Source of the DNA: Candidatus Sumerlaeia bacterium
GTDB lineage: Bacteria > Sumerlaeota > Sumerlaeia > SLMS01
Direction of reading: 5' to 3'
Assembly (NCBI GenBank): GCA_038208905.1
Contig: JBBQYG010000120.1
Coordinates: 1-12,834, forward strand
DNA length: 12,834 bases
The first letter of the stretch is position 1; the number at the start of each line of letters is the position of its first letter. This document shows positions 1-9,192 of this stretch, in pieces. The position numbers and the translations under genes are program-made. The notes beneath the pieces are model-generated. The model ran no database searches and was not told the origin of the DNA. It was given only the letters and a program-made list of their open reading frames with translations.

Positions 1-757
1 GGGAGACCTCTCCGGCGTAGCAGTTGGCCCCGCGCCAGATGGCACCGTTGAGAATTGCGGCGCCGCCGATGGCGAGTGGGGACGCGGCGCGGCCCGAGGG
101 AGACTCGCGTATATACAGATAGATGAGCGTCTGAATCGGGGTGCGGGTGCGCAGGTGATGGAGCTCGCCCAGCGCGCCGAGCTTGGCGTTGTTCTCCACG
201 AAAGCGGCGAGGCCATAGCGCTCGTTCAGGAACTTGACCATCTCGAAGTTTCGCCAGTTGTGGTACATGTTGTAGAGCAGGACGCCCGCCGCGCCGTCCA
301 CGGCGCCGGGCGCGCTGACGCCGATGATGACGGCGGCGGCGAACTCCGCGGGGGCGGTCTCCCTCAATCGGTCGATCACGCGAGTCAGCACGGTGTCGAT
401 GGGCTCCAGCTTGGCGACGGGGAGGACCACGCGGTGGACCTCCTCTCCGGCGAGGTCGGCGATGACGCCAATGACCTCCGCCAGGTCGATTTCCACGCAG
501 ACGATGAAGCGGGAGCGATACTTCACGCGGAGAAGTATGCGGGGACGCCCGCCACCCTTCCTCCGGCTCTCCATCTTATGGGCTTCCTCCACCAGGTCGT
601 CGCCGAGCAGGTCTTGGAGGATGTGGGTGATGGCTGACTTCCCGAGCCCCGTCTGGCCGGCGAGCTCCACGCGCGAGATCGTCGGCGCGCGGTGGATGCT
701 GGTGAGCACGAAGGACCGGTTGAACTTGGAGGAGATGATCGCGTTGAGCTTCCTCAC
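1..757 (-). CDS. ROK-family transcriptional repressor (NagC/Mlc/XylR-like); 3' end runs off the window
   Basis: Manual translation from GTG 757 (GGAGG at 767-771): MRKLNAIISSKFNRSFVLTSIHRAPTISRVELAGQTGLGKSAITHILQDL (winged HTH), GGGRPRILL linker, IGVSAPGAVD, VENNAKLGALGE, IGGAAILNGAIWRGANCYAGE (ROK motifs). No stop before the window edge; absent from the ORF track. Confidence 0.9.
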   Translation of the reverse strand, partial: MRKLNAIISSKFNRSFVLTSIHRAPTISRVELAGQTGLGKSAITHILQDLLGDDLVEEAHKMESRRKGGGRPRILLRVKYRSRFIVCVEIDLAEVIGVIADLAGEEVHRVVLPVAKLEPIDTVLTRVIDRLRETAPAEFAAAVIIGVSAPGAVDGAAGVLLYNMYHNWRNFEMVKFLNERYGLAAFVENNAKLGALGELHHLRTRTPIQTLIYLYIRESPSGRAASPLAIGGAAILNGAIWRGANCYAGEVS

Positions 758-793
758 GATGAACGGCCTCCAAGGGCGGTTTGGGAATTCATG

Positions 794-1159
794 CTAGTCT
801 CCCTCCACGATCAGCTCGATGGGGTCGCCAGTCTTGCCGGGATGGTCGATGGCATACTCCCGGCGCGCAAGTCCATCGCCAAGCGTCAGGTGGATCCGGG
901 GCACGTTGACACCCGCGAGGATGATCTCTCCGTTGGAGTCGGTTGCATGGCGCGCGGCGCGCGAAAGCGAGCCCGATCCGCGGGCGAAGACGACTCCTAC
1001 GGCGAGTGGATATCCATTGTTTCGCTGCACGAAACGGATGCGGAGGTCGGCGGCGGGATCGCGGATCCACGGAAGCTGATCCTGACGATCACGAACGTCA
1101 AGGTTCTGGTTGCGGATTACCGCACGGACGCCTTGGGGAACATGCGACGCGGGGGCAGA
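794..1159 (-). pseudogene. Open frame resembling a C-terminal beta-sandwich (carboxypeptidase-regulatory-like) domain; probable gene remnant or small hypothetical protein
   Basis: Frame open from 1159 to TAG at 796-794; first GTG is at 1030. Reads ...LRIRFVQRNNGYPLAVGVVF...ATDSNGEIILAGV...IELIVEGD*. The family resemblance is by eye only. Confidence 0.35.
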
Positions 1160-1398
1160 TCATCGGAACCCGGTGGACGGGGGCCGCCGGTGTTTACTCG
1201 GCGCACCTGCACTTCGAGATTCGGAAGATCAACCGGGATGCTTGGGCGTGGGCATATCAACCCCATCGACGCGCCGGTCTAGCTTTTCACCGCGCAACAC
1301 AGCCGCATGATTCCGTTGCCACGTTCAAGGGAGATGGGGAGCCTTTGCGCCTGCCGGGCGACCGGCCCCACTTCAAACCAGCGGATGGCGATGTCTAG
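1135..1398 (+). pseudogene. C-terminal fragment of an M23 (LytM) metallopeptidase
   Basis: GEHATRGQIIG...GVYSAHLHFEIRK matches the M23 G-x-x-V-x-x-G-Q-x-I-G and HLHFE motifs (HxH at 1204-1212). HINPID follows in a shifted frame. The same frame upstream has no HxxxD motif and no plausible N-terminus. Confidence 0.6.
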
Positions 1399-4300
1399 TT
1401 CCTCGACCGACAAGCAGCTTCCCCCTCAATCTGTTCCGACTCCCGCCTATCTGGCGATCTGCGCGATCTTCGTTCTCTCCGGCGCGGCGGCGCTGGTGTA
1501 TCAGGTGGTTTGGACGCGGCAGCTTACGACGTTTTTCGGCAGCAGCCTCTATGGCGTGGCGACAGTGCTCAGCGCGTTCATGGGTGGGCTGGCGCTCGGC
1601 AGCTGGCTGATCGGCAAGCGCGCCGATGCGATGCGGATGCCGCTGGTGGCTTACGGTTTGTTCGAGCTTGGCATCGGTGCCTCCGCCCTTGTGTTTCCAT
1701 ACGTCCTCCGCGCGACGCAGCCATTGATCGGGCATCTGTATGTGACCGGCGGAGAGAGCACGTTCCTCCTGTTTACGATGGTGCGATTCGTGGTGGTGTT
1801 TGCGCTCCTGCTGGTGCCGACGACGCTGATGGGCGCGACGCTTCCGGTGCTGAGCCGCGCGGTGACGAACAATATGGCCCAGGTTGGCCGAAGCGTCGGC
1901 GCGCTGTATGCGCTGAACACGCTTGGCGCCGTGGTCGGCGTCCTGCTGGCGGGATTCTATCTGATCGAGCACCTTGGGGTGGCGGTCACCACGTACCTTG
2001 CCGTTGGGGCAAATCTGGTGATCGCGCTGATTTCGATTTTGATGGGCCGGACGCTGTTTCAGGTGGAGCCCGCGCGCGCGAGCGCCATGCAGCGCCGCAG
2101 CGCCTCCCGCGAGGTGGCGGATGACCGCCTCTCTCCCGCCACGATGCGGCTTGTGCTGGCGAGCTATGCGCTGAGCGGGCTGGTGGCCCTTGCGTATCAG
2201 GTGTGCTGGACGCGCGCGATGATCTTCAGTTTGGACACGCTGAAATCCACTACCTACGCTTTTAGCGGAATGCTGCTGGTCTTCCTGCTGGGGCTCGCCA
2301 TTGGCAGCGCGATCATGCAGGCCATCGTGGACCGCCAGCAGAACCTGCTGCGCCTCTACGCACTCTTGCAGATGGGCATCGGGCTGGGCGGCGGGCTATC
2401 GTTCTTCGTGGTGATCGCGGACATGCCCGCGCTCACAGAAATCTCCCCGGACGGCGCGCTGATCTATGGCAGCGCCGTGCTGAATGTGATCATCAAGAGC
2501 GCCGCGACCATCGGACTGCCGACGTTGCTGATGGGAATGGCGTTCCCGGTGGTCACGCGCATCGTTGTCACCTCCACCGGCACCGTGGGCGGCGACGTGG
2601 CGCGCGTCTATGCGCTGAACACGCTGGGTGCCATCGCGGGATCGTTTCTGTGCGGGTTCGTGTTCATCCCGCTGTTGGGCATCACGGGAACCATTGGCGC
2701 GCTGGCGGCGGTGAATCTGGCGATGGCGGCGGCGCTGTTCTGGAAAAACGGCGCCATTGCGCAACGGGAGCGCGTCGTCCTGACCGTCATCGCGATCGGC
2801 GCGGCGGTGCTGGTGCCCGCGCGCATCGGATTTTCCGGCGTGAAGCTCCAGCGTATTCAGGCAAACGAGAAGATCGTCCACTACGAGGAAGGCGCCATGG
2901 CGACCATCAGCGTGGTGGAGAACAACTCCGGCGACCGGATGATCTATGTGGACGACACGCCCGTGGCGGGAACAGACAAGATCATGCTGACGGACCAGAA
3001 GTCGCTGGCCCATGTGCCGATGGCGCTGCTGGGCGGGCGGGCCGACCGCGTGCTGAGCGTGGGCTTCGGCTCCGGTGGCGCGAGCTACAGCTATACGCTC
3101 TATCCCGGCATCAAGGAAATCCGCACGATCGAGATCGCGCCGGAAGTGCTGCGCGCGGCGCCGACGCTGACCGACTCCAACCACGGCATTATCGTGCCGG
3201 ACGCCATGCTGGCGGAGGCCAACGCGGCGGGCGCGGCGAATATCCGCGGCTTCAGGAATCCGAATTCGGCGTATATACACACGGCGGTGCCGGGGTTCAA
3301 GACCTTCGACCCGCGTTTCAAGGTGCTGGTGGACGACGCCCGGGCGTACCTGCGGTTCTCCAAGCTGAAGTACGATGTGATCGCGACGGACTGCACGGAC
3401 CTGCGCTACAAGACGAACGCGAATCTCTACGATCTCGAGTACTTCACGCTGTGCCGCGATGCGATCACCGACCGCGGGCTGGTGGTGGTGTGGATGCCGC
3501 TCGCGGGGCTTTCCGACCGCGCGTTCCGCGTGGCGCTGCGCACATTCCAGGAAGTGTTTCCCGAAATGGGCGTGTGGTACTTCACCAACCAGCCGACGCA
3601 CTACTGCCTCCTGATCGGCGGCAAGGGGCCGGTGAGGATCAGCTACGACGATGTGCGCGAGGCGACGTCGCTCCCCCGCATCGCCGACGATCTGGACGAG
3701 ATTGGCCTCCGCGATCCCGACAAGCTGATCTCAAGCTTTGTCTGCGACGAGCGCACGCTGACCAAGCACCTCGCCGGGTTCCCGCTCAACACGGAGAACA
3801 ACCCGATCATCGAGTTCGAGTCGCCGCGCTTCGGCTATGATTCGCGCCCGCTGCGCGACAACCAGAAGGCGCTCTTCGAGATTCAGGTCCCCGCCGAGCC
3901 GCTGCTCGTCAACCTTCCGATGGGAACCGCCGACCGCATCTGGAAGCTGCAGCAGGCAAACTACGTCGTCTTCGAGGGGCACTGCGCCTATCGCGAGTAT
4001 GACTACGCGCGCGCGGCCGGGCTCTACGAGCAGGCGCTTGCGATGGTGCCGTGGGACACATCGATTAAGCGGCTGCTGGACTTCGAGGAGTTGAAGCGCC
4101 ACTTCGATACCACCATCGTCGCGTTGACGGATCAGAACTTCAGCAACGTGCTGGCTACGGGAGGGAGCCTTGGGCAGGTCTTCTATCGCCAGAAGAGGTA
4201 TTCAGAGGCCGTGACCGTCGCCTCGCAGACGCTTGCCATCATGGCCCCCTACGACAGCGCCAACCCGCCGGACGCTGCGATCAAGCGCCTGGTCTTTGGG

Positions 4301-4435
4301 CTGCACTGGGTGCTTGCCCAGAGCTACGCCGCCTCCGGTCAGAAGGCCCGCGCCGAGGAATACGCCAAGCAGGCCCAGCCCTGGGCCGCCACGGCGGAGC
4401 AGTGGACTGAATTGAACGAGAGCATCGGCGGATAG
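1391..4435 (+). CDS. Fused multi-pass membrane (MFS-like) / spermidine-synthase-like protein with C-terminal TPR-like helices
   Basis: Hydrophobic N-half with duplicated motifs (ALVYQVVWTR/ALAYQVCWTR; LYALNTLGAVVG/VYALNTLGAIAG). Class I SAM-fold motifs VLSVGFGSGG, IEIAPEV, DDARAYL, DVIATDCTD, NLYDLEYF, PLNTENNPIIEF. TPR-like YARAAGLYEQAL and LAQSYAASGQKARA. Start uncertain (ATG 1385 or 1391; ORF track gives 1307). Confidence 0.88.
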   Translation: MSSSSTDKQLPPQSVPTPAYLAICAIFVLSGAAALVYQVVWTRQLTTFFGSSLYGVATVLSAFMGGLALGSWLIGKRADAMRMPLVAYGLFELGIGASALVFPYVLRATQPLIGHLYVTGGESTFLLFTMVRFVVVFALLLVPTTLMGATLPVLSRAVTNNMAQVGRSVGALYALNTLGAVVGVLLAGFYLIEHLGVAVTTYLAVGANLVIALISILMGRTLFQVEPARASAMQRRSASREVADDRLSPATMRLVLASYALSGLVALAYQVCWTRAMIFSLDTLKSTTYAFSGMLLVFLLGLAIGSAIMQAIVDRQQNLLRLYALLQMGIGLGGGLSFFVVIADMPALTEISPDGALIYGSAVLNVIIKSAATIGLPTLLMGMAFPVVTRIVVTSTGTVGGDVARVYALNTLGAIAGSFLCGFVFIPLLGITGTIGALAAVNLAMAAALFWKNGAIAQRERVVLTVIAIGAAVLVPARIGFSGVKLQRIQANEKIVHYEEGAMATISVVENNSGDRMIYVDDTPVAGTDKIMLTDQKSLAHVPMALLGGRADRVLSVGFGSGGASYSYTLYPGIKEIRTIEIAPEVLRAAPTLTDSNHGIIVPDAMLAEANAAGAANIRGFRNPNSAYIHTAVPGFKTFDPRFKVLVDDARAYLRFSKLKYDVIATDCTDLRYKTNANLYDLEYFTLCRDAITDRGLVVVWMPLAGLSDRAFRVALRTFQEVFPEMGVWYFTNQPTHYCLLIGGKGPVRISYDDVREATSLPRIADDLDEIGLRDPDKLISSFVCDERTLTKHLAGFPLNTENNPIIEFESPRFGYDSRPLRDNQKALFEIQVPAEPLLVNLPMGTADRIWKLQQANYVVFEGHCAYREYDYARAAGLYEQALAMVPWDTSIKRLLDFEELKRHFDTTIVALTDQNFSNVLATGGSLGQVFYRQKRYSEAVTVASQTLAIMAPYDSANPPDAAIKRLVFGLHWVLAQSYAASGQKARAEEYAKQAQPWAATAEQWTELNESIGG

Positions 4436-4470
4436 ACACCCACCGGGTTGCAGGGACTCCTCGGACTGCA

Positions 4471-4502
4471 AAGCGGGGCCGCGTATCGACGCGGCCCCGC
4501 TT
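4471..4502. terminator. Probable bidirectional terminator hairpin between convergent genes
   Basis: Perfect 14-bp inverted repeat AAGCGGGGCCGCGT-ATCG-ACGCGGCCCCGCTT between the stops at 4435 (+) and 4527 (-). U-tails are short on both strands. Confidence 0.7.
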
Positions 4503-4526
4503 CCGTTCATCCCTCGTCCCTACTTT

Positions 4527-6491
<1,965 letters not shown>

Positions 6492-6640
6492 TGGGCCATT
6501 CCTCGCTTTTTGTCGTTGATTCCGTTGTGCTTGGAGCAATCCAAGGAAGCGATTTATCGGGGGTCAAGGCACGATTCCGCGTGTGCCGCGCGGGCGCCGG
6601 GGAGAGCCTGCGGCGAAATCCCCCCCCGCGCGCCGAGCCG

Positions 6641-7546
6641 ATGCCGAATCCGCCCACCATCACCGTTGTCATCTGTGCCCGCAACGCGGCGGGCCAGATC
6701 GCCGGGGCGTTGCGCGGGGCGATGGCGCAGTTCTATCCGGCGCGGGCCGTGAAGGTGCTGGTGGTGGACAACGGATCGACGGACGGCACGGCGGAGATTG
6801 CGATGGAGCACGGCGCCATCGTGCGCGCGTGGAAGCGGCCCGGCGTCGCGGGGGCGCGGGACTTCGGGTGGCGGCGCTGCCGGTCGGATCTGGTGGCGTT
6901 TCTCGATGCGGACTGCGAGCCGCCGGCGGACTGGCTCCATCGCGCGGCGCAGGCGCTGGCGGCGCGCCCCCGGCTGGCGGCGGTGGGAGCGCGCCTCGTC
7001 AGCCCCGAGCCCACGACGCTGGCGGAGCGCCACATCGTGGAGGCGCGCATCCTGGACACGGATCGTTGCTGGGAGCGCACGCCGCTTCAGTTTCCCTTCG
7101 TCGTGACGGCGGGCATGGTGATTCGCCGCGCGGCGCTGGAGGAGGTGGGCGGATTCGACCTGACGCTGGGTCGCGCCGCGGGCGAGGATGCGGACCTGTG
7201 CTGGCGCCTGGTGCGCGCGGGTTGGGGGATCGAATACCTGCGCGAGATCGAGATCGTGCATCGCCACCGCGCCACGATTCCCGCGATGCTCCGCCAAGTT
7301 CACTGGTACGGCGGCGGGAGCGCGGCGCTCTTTGCCCGGTGGCGCAAGGAACTGGGCTGGCGCCGCTATACCGATCGCAGTCCACCGCGGCGCCTGCTGC
7401 GGGGGCTGACGGGCGCGCTTCCGGCATTCGTCGCGGAGAACGACTCCTATAAACGATGGGCCCCGACGCTGGAGGCGCTGGACGCGGCGGCGTTCCTTGC
7501 GGGAAAGTGGCGCGGGTCGCTGAAGTATCGGGTGCCATTTTTTTAG
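6641..7546 (+). CDS. Family 2 glycosyltransferase (GT-A fold)
   Basis: ITVVICARN, VVDNGSTDGT, FLDADC (DxD), VGGFD, GEDADLCWRL, QVHWYGGG. ATG 6641 chosen because the ORF-track extension overlaps acs; 301 aa. Confidence 0.9.
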   Translation: MPNPPTITVVICARNAAGQIAGALRGAMAQFYPARAVKVLVVDNGSTDGTAEIAMEHGAIVRAWKRPGVAGARDFGWRRCRSDLVAFLDADCEPPADWLHRAAQALAARPRLAAVGARLVSPEPTTLAERHIVEARILDTDRCWERTPLQFPFVVTAGMVIRRAALEEVGGFDLTLGRAAGEDADLCWRLVRAGWGIEYLREIEIVHRHRATIPAMLRQVHWYGGGSAALFARWRKELGWRRYTDRSPPRRLLRGLTGALPAFVAENDSYKRWAPTLEALDAAAFLAGKWRGSLKYRVPFF

Positions 7547-7566
7547 GGAATGGGGAATTGGGAATG
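7546..7566 (+). repeat. Tandem heptamer repeat GGGAAT(G/T) x3
   Basis: GGGAATG-GGGAATT-GGGAATG, starting at the last base of the GT2 stop codon. Confidence 0.75.
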
Positions 7567-7577
7567 GCGGTGAGACG

Positions 7578-8363
7578 ATGAAGGCAAGACGGGGATTGAT
7601 ATGGGCCGCGGCGGCGATCGTGGGGTTGGTGGCGGGGGCGATGCTGCGCGGGGGCGGCGATGGGGTTCCGCGCGCGAAGCCTGAGGCGGCCGCGAGCGCG
7701 CCAGTTGCCACCGCGGCGCCCACCATTGCGCCGAAGGCGGAAGGCGCCGAGCCGACTCGCGCAGACCTGTTTCGCCAGCGAATCGAATCGGGAGTGCCGG
7801 ATGGAGCGATCGGCGAGGTTGCCGCCCCGGGATTCGCGCCCCCGGTGCCCGCTGCGCCAGAGCCCGATCCAATGCTGAGCGGCGCCGATGATTCCAGCTC
7901 CGGCGCGATGAAGCGCGTCCTGACCGACCGCGTCAGCGGGAGCGCGGTGCTCTTCCTCGATCCGCCGCGACTGCGCGCGGACGCGGGCACGCCGCTGGAG
8001 CTGGGCCTGTACGCCAAGAGCGACGAGCGCCCGCTATCGGGATACGCGACGCTGATCCTGTTCAACCCGCTGCAACTCCGCCTCGATGGCGTGCACGAGG
8101 GGAAGGACGCCTTTGCGGGCTATCCATTCATCGTCCAGGCCAACGGCGAATCAGGCACCATCACAATCAGCAGCTATCGCGGCGCGACCGGAACGCCGCC
8201 ACGCGGGCTGCTGCATCTGGCCACGCTCAAGTTCACGGCGCTGGAGGAGAGCTCCGCCACCGTCACGCTGAGCGGCTCGGAATTGGTGGACGCCGACGCC
8301 GGGAAACTCGCGCTCGATTCGGAACAGGGCGCGATTGTGACGGTTACCACGGCGGCGAAATAG
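7578..8363 (+). CDS. Exported/membrane-anchored protein with a Pro/Ala-rich linker and a C-terminal cohesin-like domain
   Basis: Basic N-terminus plus hydrophobic helix (MKARRGLIWAAAAIVGLVAGAML), P/A-rich linker, then AGTPLELGLY...LSGYATLILFNPLQLRL...NGESGTITISS...GLLHLATLKFTALEESSATVTLS, a cohesin-type beta-sandwich pattern. Confidence 0.7.
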   Translation: MKARRGLIWAAAAIVGLVAGAMLRGGGDGVPRAKPEAAASAPVATAAPTIAPKAEGAEPTRADLFRQRIESGVPDGAIGEVAAPGFAPPVPAAPEPDPMLSGADDSSSGAMKRVLTDRVSGSAVLFLDPPRLRADAGTPLELGLYAKSDERPLSGYATLILFNPLQLRLDGVHEGKDAFAGYPFIVQANGESGTITISSYRGATGTPPRGLLHLATLKFTALEESSATVTLSGSELVDADAGKLALDSEQGAIVTVTTAAK

Positions 8364-8373
8364 CGCGACGCCG

Positions 8374-8826
8374 TCAGTCCTTCAGCAGCGCCTTGATCTC
8401 GGTGTTGAAGTCGTGGAGGTCGGTGAACTTCTTGTACACAGAGGCGAAGCGCACGTAGGCGATCTGGTCCACGTCCTTGAGGCGCTTGAGGACGAGGCGG
8501 CCGATCTGTTCGGTAGTGGCTTCCTGGTTGGGCGAGCGGAAGGCTTCCTTCTCGATGTAGCTGACGATGGCCTCGATCTGGGACGCGGTGACGGGGCGCT
8601 TGCGGCAGGCCTTGGTGATGCCGCCCAGCAGGCGGTCGCGCGCATAGGGAACCCGGCGGCCGTCGCGCTTGATGACGACCTGTTCGACGAACTCGAGGGT
8701 CTCGAAGGTGGTGAAGCGCCCCTGGCACTTGGGGCAAAGTCGGCGGCGGCGTATCGACTCTCCGCCGTTGGCGGGGCGCGAGTTGATGACCCTGGTTTCA
8801 GGCTGGCCGCAGGACGGACACTTCAT
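8374..8826 (-). CDS. nrdR: Transcriptional repressor of ribonucleotide reductase genes NrdR
   Basis: MKCPSCG...VINSR...IRRRRLCPKCQGRFTTFE zinc ribbon, ATP-cone VIKRDGRRVPY, DQIAYVRFASVYKKF; 150 aa. Confidence 0.97.
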   Translation of the reverse strand: MKCPSCGQPETRVINSRPANGGESIRRRRLCPKCQGRFTTFETLEFVEQVVIKRDGRRVPYARDRLLGGITKACRKRPVTASQIEAIVSYIEKEAFRSPNQEATTEQIGRLVLKRLKDVDQIAYVRFASVYKKFTDLHDFNTEIKALLKD

Positions 8827-8862
8827 GGGGAGACGATTCCCTTTTGCCGGGCCGATGGGGCC

Positions 8863-9192
8863 TCAGGCGTAGCGGCTGAGAAGCGCGCGCAGCACGAGCG
8901 GAGGGGCCGGGCCCTCCACGCGCTGGATCGCTTCGCCGTCCTTGAAGAGAAGGAATCCCGGCGCCCGGTTCAATCCATATTCGCGGGCGACCGAGTCGAA
9001 TCGCCCCGCATCGAGCAGGCAGCACTTAACTTTGCCCCGCGATTCCTCCGCCAGCGAGCGGATCTGGTTGGCGATCTGGGCCGCTCCCGCGCCGTCGCGA
9101 TAGAAGCCGACGAGGACGGGTACGGATTCGCGAAGGACCTCCACTTCGAAGGTGGTGTCGCTCAGTTCGGTGGCGAAGAGGGTCGCGCTCAT
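8863..9192 (-). CDS. Thioredoxin-fold protein lacking the CXXC active site
   Basis: Aligns end to end by eye with the neighbouring TrxA (SDTTFEVEVL, PVLVGFY, YGLNRAPGFLLFKDGE), but WATWCPPC is replaced by YRDGAGA. GGAG lies upstream of the ATG; 109 aa. Confidence 0.82.
   Translation of the reverse strand: MSATLFATELSDTTFEVEVLRESVPVLVGFYRDGAGAAQIANQIRSLAEESRGKVKCCLLDAGRFDSVAREYGLNRAPGFLLFKDGEAIQRVEGPAPPLVLRALLSRYA

Noticed and set aside
155..797. Plus-strand ORFs 155-637 and 324-797
   Set aside because: Antisense to the ROK repressor, which has clear family motifs.
692..1282. 196-aa plus-strand ORF; its SYGEWISI..H segment faintly recalls the M23 YGNxVxIxH strand
   Set aside because: Overlaps the ROK start, has no HxxxD or YxHL motif, and is the antisense register of the 794-1159 frame. 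The resemblance is too weak to call.
6567..6581. Sigma-54-like AGGCACGATTCCGC upstream of GT2
   Set aside because: GG-to-GC spacing is 9 nt, not the required 10.
6641..7546. Mycofactocin MftF assignment for the GT2
   Set aside because: The motifs are generic to GT2, the protein is short, and no mft genes are present in the window.
6554..8065. 503-aa minus-strand ORF and other long ORFs over the GT2/cohesin genes
   Set aside because: Low-complexity Arg/Ala/Pro-rich shadows of motif-bearing plus-strand genes.
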